DNA of 64,000 bases from Eledone cirrhosa (GCA_964016885.1 OZ024741.1:87048001-87112000); one strand, 5' to 3'. Numbered from the stretch's first letter, positions 23,325 to 36,907 are shown. Notes: a model not told the origin generated them from the sequence alone. Numbers and translations: made by a program.

Positions 23325-26238
23325 ACAAATAATCCCACAAAAAATCTACTTGGCAAGAGAACATCAATCGCCAAATAAACCTTCTCCGATCTGACAGAAA
23401 TTTTAACAAACTATAAAGTAGGTGAACATGTTAAACAAACTAAACTTAGAAAATTGAAAAGAAAGTACAGTATAAAATCAACAAGTGACATAGACATGCT
23501 GATAGAAATAATCAAGCAAAAAGTGTCGGCAAAGCTGCTCGTATAAGGCGCTTTGAAAAACGATCTAGATTCTATAAGGAGAATAATATGTTAAAAAACA
23601 ACCAAAGAAACTTCTACAGAAAAATTGGTAAGTCAACAATAACTGCTAAATCAATACCACCCAAGGAGGAAGTGCAAGAATTCTGGGAAAAGATCTGGGC
23701 CGAAGAAAAAATTCATAATATACATGCCCCATGGACAGACAGATAAGTGAAAGATACAGCTCACTTTGTGGAACGCATATGGGAAAATATAACAGTTGAA
23801 CAGTTGCGCTTGGCTCTAAGAAAAACCAGCAAATGGAAATCCCCAGGAAAAGACAAAATACAAATTTTTTGGATAAATGCCTTCACAGAGTCTCATGAGC
23901 TGTTAGCCCAACTTTACAATGAAATAGTTAAGGAGGCAGAAAAGATACCATCATGGCTAGTTAACGGCATTACATTCCTGCTTCCGAAGAATGATGAGAC
24001 AAACAATCCCAAAAATTACAGACCGATAACTTGCTTGACCACAATGTATAAAATTTTAACATCAGTCCTAACTGAATACACATATGACCACCTGATAACA
24101 AATGACCTATTTCCCATTGAGCAGAAAGGGTGTAAACGAGGCTCATATGGCTGTAAGGATCAGCTTTTGGTTAACAAAATGATACTGGAAGATTGTCATA
24201 ATAGACACAAAAATCTATCAATTGCTTGGATAGATTATAAAAAAGCATTCGATAGTTTGCCACACAGTTGGATTGAAAAATGTTTAGAGATTTTCAAAAT
24301 ATCTCCCGTTGTCAGGAGGTTTTTGTCATTCAGTATGAAGACATGGAAAACGACACTCCTTTTGAATAGTGAAACAAAATCACTGGAAGCTGGAGATGTT
24401 AATATTAATTGTGGAATTTTTCAGGGTGACTCTTTATCACCGCTTTTATTCTGCATCGCACTTATACCATTAAGTAAAATGCTCAATGAAACAAAACATG
24501 GATATAAAGTCTATGACAAAACCATTAATCACTTGTTCTACATGGATGACCTGAAACTATTTTCAAAAATGATGAACAATTGCAAGGGCTATTATCCACT
24601 GTGGAGCAGTTCAGTGATGACATTAAAATTAAAATGGAGTTTGGACTAGATAAATGCGCCAAAGCAACGTTCACCAGAGGAAAGTTGCTGAAGAGTTCAG
24701 ACATTAATCTTGATCGGGGGAATGTGATAAGAGAACTTGATCAAGAGGAAACTTACAAATATCTAGGTGTTTGTGAAGGAGACGGAATCAAGCACTCGAC
24801 AATGAGGGAAAGAATAAGGAAGGAATGTTACCGCAGAGTAAGAGCAATCTTAAGTACGGAATTGAATGCAAGGAATAGGATCGATGCCATAAACACGCTT
24901 GCTATACCAGTAGTAACCTACAGTTACAATGTCATCAACTGGTCAAGCACAGAGATCCGTAGGCTCGATACAAAAATTCTAAAATTCTTAACCATGCACA
25001 GAATGCATCACCCTAAGGCAGATACAGATAGAATATATCTCCCTAGGAAAGAAGGAGGACGTGGGTTAATCCAGTTAGACATTGCGTTAAAAACTGCAAC
25101 AATTGGATTATCTACATATCTAAGGGAATCACATGATTGGATGATCAAACTCGTTTTGAAACACGAAAGCATCAAAAGATCATACTCCATTACAAAAGAT
25201 GCACAAAGATACAGTAATGGACTACAAATTTCAGAAGTCCCATTTACTACTGAAATGGAAAACACAGAAAAAGCAAAGCAGGTAAAAGTAACTGCAAAGA
25301 AAGAACTGCTACAGAAACTGGCTAAGAGATGGCAAGAAAAGCCTCTGTATGGAAAATACCCAGAACGAGCTAACAATCCTGATGTTGACAAAACTTTAAC
25401 CCATCAGTGGTTGGCATCCTCTGGACTGAAATCGGAGACTGAAGGACTGATTATATCAGCACAAGATCAGTGTCTGCCAACAAAAAATTACCAAGCCAAC
25501 ATAATAAAAAATGGATGCAGCCCATTATGCCGTGTATGCAAAAAACAACCAGAGACCATTGACCATATAATTTCAATGTGCAGTCCTATAGCTCCAACCG
25601 AATACCTAAACAGGCATGACAGAGCTGCACAATACATACATTGGATAATGTGTAAGCATTTTGACCTGCCCCATCAAAAGAATTGGTGGGAGCATCAGCC
25701 ACCTCCCATACTTGAAAAAGATCACATCTCAATCTTGTGGAACTTTAGCATCCAAACAGACCGAAAAATAGATGCAAATAGACCTGATATAATATTGAAG
25801 GACTTTAAAAAGAGGGTATGCTTGCTAATTGATATGTCCGTTCCAATAGACAAGAATGTATCTATAAAAACATTTGAAAAATTGAGCAAGTATAAGGATC
25901 CGGAGATAGAAATTGGAAAAATGTGGAAATTGAGAACTAAAACAATACCAGTGGTTGTAGGCGCTCTAGGAATGATACCTAAGGGGTCTAATGATTACTT
26001 ATCGCAAATCCTAGGAAACCCGCGTATAGGAGAAATACAAAAGATAGTACTAATGGGAACTGCCCATATACTAAGGAAGATTCTGTCAATATAAGTACAT
26101 CATAAATCTAAACACCTAAAGATGCATGTGTGAGTATGTATGTTCTTTCTTGAACATGGCGGACCTTGTTGTCTCTTGAAGTCACTGGTTGTGACTTGGT
26201 GATAACTCGTATGGACATAAAGCAAGATAAATGCAGCT

Positions 26239-26240
<2 letters not shown>
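23325..26240 (+). mobile_element. R4/Dong-like family A copy A3 (5'-truncated, frameshifted)
   Basis: ORFs 23747-24649 and 24580-26094 are near-identical to A1/A2. Followed by (AAT)n at 26241-26273. Confidence 0.93.
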
Positions 26241-26274
<34 letters not shown>

Positions 26275-29200
26275 GACATTCAAACATTACATTACAATGA
26301 AACTTATGCTTATTTTGGTTTTTTTTTACCTATTTGTTTGTTTGTTTATTTATGTTCGTCTACAGCGTGATAGTGCCACGCTAAAATCACCGGAGGTGAT
26401 GAAATCACCGGTGGTTATGTAACCATACATTCACCAATCCTCGATAAGAGTGTTTCAGTGTCGAACCTAAACAGTTCGAATAACGGTGAAGTGGAGACTG
26501 GAATGTCATGTGACAGACTCTCACCCAGCAGGTGTTCTCTGGCTCAGCAGCAGGGACCTGGCTGTCAATCAAATACTGCTGGTGTCGGAGGAAGAAGAAG
26601 GAAAAGGACCAGAACCAACTGGACGAAAGAATTGAATATAACTGTTATGCAATGTTACCTGAAGAGTAACCCCAAGGAAAAAGGCTATAGGAAACGGATG
26701 CATACAAACATTGGCCGGGCAGGCTCGAGTAATAAGAACTAATGGGTGGATAAGCGAGCTGGAACTGGAGGAACTGAGCAGAGAGATTAGGTTGGAAATG
26801 GAGAGTGGAGTATGCCAAGCAAATGAGCCAGTGGGAAATGAAGGTGAGGAGGTTGAGAGAACGGAAGAACCATCCGAAGCAGACAATGATCTGAATGCTG
26901 AAATAAATAACATCTGGAACAAAGATACGGCCATAGAGGAAATGAATGCTAACGGGCTAAGACAAGATTTGGTTGATATCCTAAACTTAGTGGTAGATGA
27001 AATGAACAATGATAGTGGGAAACCTATGAACCTAAGATTTGTAGACAGGAGAAAGTTAAAAGAAACAACAGCTAAGGTAAACAAAGTCATCCCATACCTT
27101 GAGGCGAGGAGCCTTCACCAGTGCAACAATATCCTCAAAGCAACAGCAAATGCGTTGAGGAAATTTGCATAAAAGCGAGAGGAAACAACAAACAAGAAAG
27201 ATCAGAACCTTGGTGGAAGAAATGACTGAATGGTCAAATCAGGGAAATGAGAAATGACATTGGAAAGCTTGAGTCCCTACTGAATGGGACACTAAAAACA
27301 TAGACACTAAAAATAGACTGGAAATAAAGTACAAAACTAGGAGAAAAAAGCTAAATATTATCATAGAGGAACTGAAGCAACGCATTGTAGCAAAGAGTGC
27401 AAAAATTAGGCGATACGAGAGCAGAGTCAGTCAGTATAGACAGAACCGCATGTTTGACAACAACCAGAAGATGTTGTTTGGACAGCTTGAAGGGAAAGAA
27501 AGAAGCAACGACTTGATCCCTGAGGCGGAACAAACTAAAACATTCTGGAGAGGAATATGGGAGCAGGATGTTAAACATAATAACCAGGCAGTGTCGATTG
27601 AGACAGTACAAAAGGAGTTAGTGAACAGGCACACCAACAAACTGATTTGAGTATCACAGTTGAAACTCTCAAGGGGCAGGCCAAAAAACTTTACCAACTG
27701 GAAATCACCAGGCCCAGATGGTGTGCAAGGGTATTGGATTAAAAATGTAACATCCCTCCACCCGAAGCTGACAACCATGTTCAATGACTGCTTGATGTCA
27801 GGTGAGGTACCAGAGTGGTTGACAAAAGGTACCACAGTTCTGGTAATGAAAGACTGAATCAAGGGTAATGATGTTACCAACTATAGACCTATCACATGTC
27901 TGTCCGTAATGTGGAAACTGTTAACAAGCATTGTGTCTGAGGAAATCTACCATCACCTCCACACAAACAACTTGTTACCGGACGAACAGAAAGGATGCCG
28001 AAAGAAGTCCCGTGGTACAAAGGACCAGATACTTATTGATAAATGGTAATGAGCAATTGCAAGAGGAGACGCACTGGTCTTTCCATGGGATGGATAGACT
28101 ACAAAAAGGCATTTGACATGGTGCCTCATTCTTGGATCACCAAAAGCATAGAGATCTTCAAGGTGGCAGATAACATCAGACAGTTGTTGAGCAAAAGTAT
28201 GAAGTCCTGGAAAACAGAATTAACATCAGCTGGAGAATCCTTGGGAGGCGTGAAGCTCAAGAGAGGTATCTTCCAGGGAGATAGTCTGTCCCCTCTGTTG
28301 TTTGTCCTTGCCCTGATGCCCCTGACAATTCTACTGCGAAAGGTGAGAGCAGGATACAAGTTGGGAAAGGGAGAGCTTACCATCAATCACCTCCTCTTCA
28401 TGGACGATCTTAAACTCTTCGGGAAGAGTGAGAAGGAGTTGGATGTGCTTGTTGACACTGTCCGTATTTTCAGCAATGATATATGTATGCAATTTGGTAT
28501 TAGTAAGTGTGGAGTCATTGTGATGAGGAGGGGTAAATTGAGCAGAAACAACGGAATCCTGGTACCAACAGGTGAGATGATAAAGGAAATTGACACTGAA
28601 GAAGGATACAAGTATTTGGGTATTCTGGAGGCTGATGACATCAAAAACAAAAAAATGAAGGAATTGATAAGATCTGAATACATTCGGAGAGTAAGGAGCG
28701 TATTAAAGTCACATCTGAACAGTAGGAATGCCATAAGTGCAGTAAATTCCCGAACTGTGTCTATTATTAGGTACAGTGCGGGAATTCTGAGATGGAATAT
28801 TGCTGAACTAAAAGAAATGGATAGGAAGACCAGGAAGCTATTGACTATCTACAACATTTTCCACAAAAGGAGTGATGTTGATAGACTCTACTTAAGGAGA
28901 TCTGAAGGTGGAAGAGGTCTTATCAACATAGAGGACTGTGTTCAGATGGAGAAAAACAACCTACACAAATACGTGACCGATAGTAAGGAGCCAATGCTCA
29001 GAATTGTACTGAAGGAGAAGACAATAGACCAGGGGATGTCCAGGGAGGAAATAACAACAAGGAGAAAGAGCAACCTTCATGAAAAATCCCTTCATAGTAC
29101 CTTCTTTGAGAAAACGGGATTCAGAGATCCACAGACATGGAACTGGTTGAGAAGAGGAGACCTCAAAAAGGCTACAGAAGTAACCTTAAAAAGGCTACAG

Positions 29201-29933
29201 AAGGAATGCTAATGGCTGCGCAAGAGCAGGCCCTCAAAACGAAGTGGTTGAAACACCATATTTACAAGGAGGAGGCTAACCCACTGTAGAGGATCTGTGG
29301 AGAGAGAGAGGAAACTGTGGCTCACATTGTATCCGAGTGTAAATACCTAGCCCAGACTCACTATAAAGGCTGGATACATTATGTGATGGGCAGGGTGGTC
29401 CACTGGCACCTATGCAAAGTAAACAATTTACCACATTCTGAGAAGTGGTATGAGCATAAGCCAGAGTCGGTGATAGAAAACGATCAGGTGAAGGTGCTAT
29501 GGGATTTTAGGATACAGACGGACAAGAAACTGGAACACAATAGACCTGACCTGGTGGTTTTGGACAAGGAAAAAAGATCGTGCCTGATTGTGGATGTGTC
29601 CTGCCCATTCGACACGAGAGTGCAAGAGAAGGAGAGGGAGAAAATTAACCGATACCAGGACTTAAAGTGGGAGGTAAAAAGGATTTGGAACTGCCATGAA
29701 GTCAAAGTGGTTCCGATTGTCATAGGCGCAGTATGTACTATCTCAAAAAGTTTCCAGGGATGGTTAAAGAAAATTGGCCCCGCCTCGCTTTTTGGTACAC
29801 TTCAAAAGGCATGCTTGCTAGGGACAGCAAGAACCCTCCGATACGTCCTGAATATCTGAGGCTGCAGGTAGTGTCTTGATATTCATGTCAACAAACTTTC
29901 CAGTTAACTAACATCAATGACTGAGATTCAAAG
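26275..29933 (+). mobile_element. R4/Dong-like family B copy B4, probably full length with 5'UTR, degenerate
   Basis: N-terminal motif WTKELNITVMQCY...GYRKRM, typical of R4-clade N-termini. RT at 28043-29212, RLE at 29317-29859, with multiple stops and frameshifts. Confidence 0.9.
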
Positions 29934-29951
29934 AACAATAATAATAAGAAT

Positions 29952-31118
29952 GCTTTTTTTTATTAACCACAAGGGTTGACACAAAGTATAACATTAAGGA
30001 CAACACAGGACAAAAGAAATGGGCAGTTCTGCGTGTAAAAAAACAAAAACAGAGTATGTGACAAAAAAGGAAACAATGAAAAATTCCCCAATAAGGGGGG
30101 GGGGGAAGACTTCCGAGGGTTGCTTGTGGAGAAAACCCACAAGAAAAGCCACGGTTACCCTGACCGCTAGGGCAAATGCCCTCTTCCAGTTTTCCTCTTA
30201 CAATGCTACAGGCACACGCTCAGGGTAGGCCCATTCACACGGGTCATTTTTGCCTCTCTCACCCACCTTTCAACAAACTGGCTGGAAGTTAGCACTGCCC
30301 TCTCCACCCTGTTTTTCCTTTTCAGGTGAAACTTGAAAAAGTTAATGAGGGCGTCACCGAAGATGAAAGTAGGTGTTTACAGCAGATGGACCGCCAGCGA
30401 TGGACCACAAAAAGTGAAAGAGCAAACGCTTCAGCGCAGTCATGCGAGGCTTAAGACAAGGCAAGACGGTCAGGCGTTAGTAGATGACGGACGCGATGTA
30501 CGCGTTCGCCACCTCCGCTCGACCTTTCAGGGATAGCTTCCTCTACGACCATTTCTGGGTGAGAGAGGCCACCCTGCTCGTCCCCTCGTCCCAGTTTTTG
30601 TGCGTCTGGAAGTTCGGACTGAATCAGACCCCAAGCAATTTAATCGGTCCGTTCGTCCAGCGCCCGACGACGCTGTTGCACGGCATGGACCTGCCTCTCC
30701 AGGTGCCGGCCTACTGATTTTTCCTGGTTGATCATTGCTCCTGTCAACGCTTCGTATTCTCTTAGTGTGGTGCCAATCGGCTCGATGTGTTTGGCGTTCG
30801 ACACCACTACGGTGACGTTGTCGGCATATGCTGACACGGTTCTTCCGCATCCCAGTTCGCGGGGGAACCCCCTCAACGTCTCCAGTTTGTGCAGTAATGG
30901 CTCGAGAGTCAATACGTACAACAGGGATGAGAGGAGATATCCTTGGCGGACCGACCGCATGATGTTGAACGGTTCCGAAAGGTTACAGTTCACTCGCACC
31001 ACAGAGCAGATGTCGCTGTGCATGGCAGCAATCCAGACACTGAAGACAGACCCAAAGCTAGCCGCCCTCAGGACTGTCGCCAGATAACGATGGTCGATTC
31101 TATCGAAAGCTTTCGACT
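29952..31118 (-). mobile_element. Older, internally deleted Tx1-like copy
   Basis: RT fragment (SKAFD, QGYLLS, YADN) joined to the ORF2 end and 3'UTR, with AATAAA and an ATT-type tail. Confidence 0.87.
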
Positions 31119-31127
31119 AATAGTAAT

Positions 31128-31290
31128 GCTTTCTTTATTCACCACAAGGGTTGACACAAAGTATGACAGCACAGAAAAATACAGGACGGTACAAATGGGA
31201 ATTTCTGCGTGTAAAAAAAAACAAAAACAGAGGATGTAACAGAAAAAGGAACAAGGAAAAATTCCCTAATAGTGGGGAGACTTACGAGGG
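31128..31290 (-). mobile_element. Tx1-like 3'UTR fragment marking the right edge of the array
   Basis: The minus strand reads ...CCCTTGTGGTGAATAAAGAAAGC followed by ATTACTATT, as at the T1 3' end. Confidence 0.85.
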
Positions 31291-31589
31291 TCACTATTCC
31301 CTTCAGTGAGCCAGTCAGGTATTTTTTCGGGCTCTGCTAGCATCTCATTAAAGTTTGCAAATGCTTCATGTGTTCCTGTTCAATATTTTAATCAAAACTG
31401 GTGCCTTCCAGTTGCTTGATTTTTTAGTGTGCTAGATACATCATCTATTGTGATGTCTTCCTACAGTTATTTATTTGACATTTTCCTAAATGTTAAATAT
31501 AATCTAATAGTGTACTTCTTATAATGTCTATTATATTATTATGTCGTATTCTTCATTTATCATATATTTATTTTTGGACACGTAGTTTT

Positions 31590-31915
31590 GTCAGACAGCA
31601 AGTTAACAAATATGCTGGCAGAGGGAAACCACTCTTTCCGACAGTGAAAAGATGGAAGCTTGCCCGGTATGGTCATATATCCCACCACAGTTTCTTGTCC
31701 AAAACCATCTGTCAGGGCACAGTCGAGGAAGGACGGAGAAGAGGCAGACAAAGAAAATCCTGGTCGGACATGATTGAATACTGGACTGGTCACAACACCG
31801 AAACCCTTCTACGTATGACGGAGAATAGAGACCAATGGTGACTACTGAGTGTAAAAGAGTCTAGAGTGGCACCCCAATGACTGGCTGCATCAGTTGCGGG
31901 AACGTGATGATGATA
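31590..31915 (+). mobile_element. RTE-clade LINE 3' fragment
   Basis: Encodes KLARYGHI...QGTVEEGRRRGRQRKSW, the RTE C-terminal motif, and ends in a short (GAT)n tail. Confidence 0.75.
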
Positions 31916-33024
31916 ATATTATTGATGTTATTGATGTTATTGATGTTATATTTAGTAACTCTTGACATTGTCAATTTATTTTCTAATTTATCGGCCGTAA
32001 TGTTTTACTGCCAAATATACTTGTATATCAAAGAATTAACATTATCTTAAGTACGCCAGAAAACAGAATACTCTTGACTTTTAAGGAAAAGATATTCGTT
32101 ATTTTTGTTGTTAAGCATTAATTAATTGTTTAGTTCTATAGAGTGTCTTAGCTACCAATGATAGGTCTCCGTCTACAGAATGGTTAAGAGGTTCTCTGTT
32201 AATATATCTTATTTTCTCATTAGTGTATTTCATTGTCGCAAATTCACGCAACCCATGCAGCTGCAGCAAGGGAATCAATGTCTATATGGTGCTAAGAATT
32301 CTGAATCCCGGCTTACATTGGCTGGAGAGATAGAATGACAGATGATGAAATTGCAAAAGAGACATCAAACCCTTATGTGTTATAGTGACAAATGCTTGTA
32401 CAACAGGAGTGCCACTCTCTAATTCTCAGTAATTGTATGTGATGACAAGTACAAATAAGATGATCAACAATCAAGTAAATCACAGGTTTCACTCCAGTGT
32501 TTCCTTCTCTTAGAAGAAGGAAACTCTGGAATGAAACCTTAGAAGAATGCCGTAACAACAGCTTGGGGTCCTTCACATACTGTGCGCCCTAACACCAACT
32601 AGAGAGATTTCTGAGTTCCGGCACAAAGGTAGGTTGTCATAATAATGACTAAGGAGTTCCTTCTACTTTGATATTGAATCCAGAATGACCCTTCTCCTTG
32701 TCAGATTGCCACTCAAGGCTGACAAGTTCTGCTTACCCGGAACAACTAGTTTTATAGCACCAGTAACTCTTCGTCGTCCCTTCTCCTTATCAATACCAAA
32801 CGTTTCCACCACAGAAAAGCCAGCAGCTTGACGTCGATTGTCAGAGGCTATATCAGACGCAAGACTGTTAAAATGGTCAATAATTTCATAAATCGATCTG
32901 TTTCTGGAAATTTAAAAAAAAAGGAATGTAAACATTTGATCACAGTAATTAGTATCGATCACCAATTATCAATTTTGGTAAAAATCTCAAGCCATGATTT
33001 CCTTGATCAGTATGATTAGGTCTT

Positions 33025-33066
<42 letters not shown>

Positions 33067-33069
<3 letters not shown>

Positions 33070-33480
33070 TAATGGTAGCTAAGATGCTTCCATAGGCGGT
33101 ATGCCGATTGAGCACTCTATGCTGCTACGGAGCAGAGTATGATAGAATAGAAAACGAAAAATCAGTGATGCATCGGAACTCAATTTATTGAGCTACAATT
33201 GTTTCCCCGGCGAACAGCTCGAGGTGTGATCTGTATGTGGATCGACCTGACTCTGGATTCGTAGGTTCCTCGGACACGTCTATTGATTTCGGAGCATATC
33301 CACTTTCTGGAGTTTCTGATCCTACGGGTCTATATCGTCCACCTTCATCCGCTTTGCGCGTCCTTGGGCTGGTCACTGGTTAGTGACGTCATCATTATTC
33401 TGACCACTGGTGGCAGCCCGCTGCCCATCAGGGCGTGAGCTGTCACTCACCCACTGTCACGTCGGCAAAATTACTACTGT
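33067..33480 (-). repeat. Unclassified non-coding interspersed repeat, copy 1
   Basis: Reverse-complement homology to 38700-39090 (e.g. AGCTAAGATGCTTCCATAGGCGGTATGCCG). Bounded by (TA)n and (CA)n. Confidence 0.75.
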
Positions 33481-34235
33481 GTTTGCCAGCTCACACTCCC
33501 ACGCGCGCACACACACACACACATAAATAGTTACACAAATATACGCATACATGCACACAGAGAGGCACACACACACACGCGCGCGTTTATATACGGCGCA
33601 TATACACACACATACATGCACCTGTATATATACATACACACACGTACACATTCGTACATATACATACATATACACGCATAGATATATATACATACACATA
33701 CATACACACATACGCACACCTGCACATATATATGTGTATACGGTGGCTGCCAACTCGTTTTCGAGTACGGCCACTACTTTATATCCATGTAGGAGAACCC
33801 CTACCGATGCGCTGAACGAGTGTGACTTTTTAGTCCAGCCAGCAACTTGAAAACTCTGGTACAAACACTACACTTGTGACAATTATTGACACATAGTGCT
33901 GGGCCCATGGTACCATGTGACGACAAGTGCAGAGAGATCTCCAGATATAAAGCAATGTCTGTGCCGTGAAGCTTTTATAGTGAGCAAAGGCACTGCACAA
34001 AGCCAGTCCCACTCTCTTAACCAAGATGATATTTACCAAAAAGAACAAGTCAACATCATTGGATACCATCAGGGTTGCAGGTGTTATATCAGAGTTTTCC
34101 TTCTCCTAGAATTCTGCCTTGACAAATACACACATACATACACACATATATATATACACACCTACCCAGACGCCACACACACGTATACACACATACATCT
34201 ACATACATGTATATATATATACATAAACACACACG

Positions 34236-34321
<86 letters not shown>

Positions 34322-34633
34322 CCTTTATATATTTTTTCCTCTACACGTGTGCATACACACACACTCACACATATATTCTTACACATATGTATATATGTAT
34401 ATATACACACATCTACACACACATAAAAAAATATGTAAAAAATACATATAAAGATACACATTGTGCTGTACATGTAAAAATGCACCTTGATGTACGTGCT
34501 GACAGAGTTGATATTATGTTGCCAACGAGGATTAATCCACGTATAGACACCTCAAGCAAGGCTACATATGGGGAGTTCATGGTATTAATGTAAAGGGGGT
34601 GCCTATACCGTATAAGAAAATGCATGCAGGATA

Positions 34634-34676
<43 letters not shown>

Positions 34677-34964
34677 CAAATAACGAAACGAAATTAAATT
34701 TCGTTTCGTTTGTAACTCACTTTTGTATGACTGACGCTTAAACAATTAAGTCAAAAATGTACATCCACATATGTATACTGAAATACTAGTATGCATATGA
34801 ATACACACACGTATACATATGTAGATGTACCGAGTTTTTCACTGGTCACTTTACTGTGAGTGTCCAGCTATTCTGTATGTAAACACACAGACAAACCGGT
34901 TTTTAGAGTCATACTGGTTTTTGAGGAAACACCTTTCCTCTATTCTCCAGAAAGCCAGACAAGG

Positions 34965-35009
34965 AATATTGAACTAGTTTCGTTGTTGTTACAACTCATC
35001 AGCAATATT
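34965..35009 (-). ncRNA. Type I minimal hammerhead ribozyme
   Basis: AATATTG-CTGATGA-GTTGT(AACA)ACAAC-GAAA-CTAG-TT-CAATATT: 7-bp stem I, 5-bp stem II, palindromic ACTAGT stem III, GUU triplet. Confidence 0.85.
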
Positions 35010-35465
35010 TACCTATCTTCCGGCCCTTCTAGAGAATCGTAAAAGCACATATCGTTATATGCTTTTTATATGAAAATTAGTAGTGGGCAGACTAATTTGC
35101 ATAGAGCGTGAGTACGTACCGGTTCAACGGAGACGATAAAAACAAATAACGAAACGAAATTAACCAGTGAAAAACTCGGTACATCTACATATGTATACGT
35201 GTGTGTATTCATATGCATACTAGTATTTCAGTATACATATGTGGATGTACATTTTTGACTTAATTGTTTAAGCGTCAGTCATACAAAAGTGAGTTACAAA
35301 CGAAACGAAATTTAATTTCTTTTCGTTATTTGTTTTTATCGTCTCCGTTGAACCGGTACGTACTCACGCTCTATGCAAATTAGTCTGCCCACTACTAATT
35401 TTCATAGAAAAAGCATATAACGATATGTGCTTTTACGATTCTCTAGAAGGGCCGGAAGATAGGTA

Positions 35466-35510
35466 AATATTGTTGATGAGTTGTAACAACAACGAAACTA
35501 GTTCAATATT
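35466..35510 (+). ncRNA. Hammerhead ribozyme copy with a core C-to-T mutation (TTGATGA)
   Basis: Identical to 34965-35009 except for the first core base. Confidence 0.7.
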
Positions 35511-35731
35511 CCTTGTCTGGCTTTCTGGAGAATAGAGGAAAGGTGTTTCCTCAAAAACCAGTATGACTCTAAAAACCGGTTTGTCTGTGTGTTTACATAC
35601 AGAATAGCTGGACACTCACAGTAAAGTGACCAGTGAAAAACTCGGTACATCTACATATGTATACGTGTGTGTATTCATATGCATACTAGTATTTCAGTAT
35701 ACATATGTGGATGTACATTTTTGACTTAATT

Positions 35732-35792
<61 letters not shown>

Positions 35793-36273
35793 TATATATA
35801 TTTATATATATATATATATATCTATATATCTCACGCTGCATTAAAACACTAGTCATCTACACTTGGAAGACGTTTTGAAATATTCTCTACATTGTGTATA
35901 TATAACGTTTAACGGAAGAGTAGATAAAACATGGCAGGCCTTAAGGATTGCAAAAAAGAGCTCTAGGCGAATAAATTTTAGATGAAACTATAGACCATTT
36001 TAACACCTAGGAATCTGTATTTAAATTTATATATTATTGTTCTGTATATATGTACGAAATACTAGTTTGTTTATCAATTGATATATCCTCTTATATATCG
36101 CTTATACATATATATTATAGATGCTCTGAACAGAAGTTTATTGAACTTTGTACTGAGAAACATTATTGATATATATTTTATATGTATTGATTAAACCTAA
36201 AATTAACTTATATATGATATGTTAGTGCACATTTTACTTCAGACCAATCATGTTTTTCATGTTTTATCAACAG

Positions 36274-36490
36274 TTTCTATATCAACTAACAAAAACAGTA
36301 TCGAACTTATTTTTATAGAACAAGAACAACGAATTCAAACTGCATATTCGACATCATCAACAAGAAAAAAAAGGAAAAGGCTTGCTATTTATTACGTATA
36401 TGCATATACTAACAACCTCCAGACGCACAAGGAATGGACATCCATTGTTTCCGATGATGAATGTTCCAGTTTGCTCATGGAAATATACAT
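36274..36490 (+). CDS. Candidate host exon (unassigned)
   Basis: T-rich tract + CAG acceptor at 36271-36273, GTAAGT donor at 36491, and one open frame (SISTNKNSIELIF...LLMEIY) in non-repetitive sequence. No recognisable domain. Confidence 0.3.
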
Positions 36491-36704
36491 GTAAGTAGCT
36501 GAGCATTCCACAGATACATGTACCCTTAACGCAAATCTCATGGAGATACAACGTCACAGTGTGTGACATGGTTGGCCCTTTAAATTACAAGTACATTTCT
36601 ATATTAAATATTTATACTCTGCTATGTATTGAGTACCTTACCTACTGTGGTTACCTCCGATTGAACCCGGAATAAACACACACACACACACACGCGCACA
36701 CACA

Positions 36705-36839
<135 letters not shown>

Positions 36840-36842
36840 TTA

Positions 36843-36907
36843 GAAGAAGAAGAAGAAGAAGAAGAAGAAGAAGAAGAAGAAGAAGAAGAAGAAGAAGAAG
36901 AAGAAGA
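36843..36907. repeat. (GAA)n microsatellite following a (CA)n/(TA)n compound repeat
   Basis: Read directly. Confidence 0.95.

Larger units (their letters stand above)
34671..35736. mobile_element. Retrozyme-like non-autonomous element: 466-bp unit in two partial-tandem arms joined head-to-head at ~35163, inside (TA)n
   Basis: Direct repeat offsets 34671/35137 and 35163/35629. The arms are reverse complements, each with a hammerhead motif. No real ORF. Confidence 0.8.

Noticed and set aside
26275-26570. HDV-like ribozyme in the B4 5' region
   Set aside because: Small hairpins exist (AGCGTG/CACGCT, ATCACC/GGTGAT), but I could not build the nested double pseudoknot.
872-28734. Recurrent antisense ORFs (e.g. 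MSTSGLLARSG..., MAFLLFRCDF...)
   Set aside because: They are shadows of the retrotransposon coding strand, repeated only because the elements are repeated.
1-31290. CRISPR-like, retron or group II intron system, or a true telomere
   Set aside because: The spacers are kb-size LINEs and the RTs are non-LTR type with RLE or APE domains. The repeat is TAA rather than TTAGGG, and there are no cas or other prokaryotic features.
34860-35615. Duplicated 60-aa ORF MSSYSVCKH...
   Set aside because: It has a GTG start, lies antisense to the hammerhead, and has no counterpart in the related 421-bp unit.
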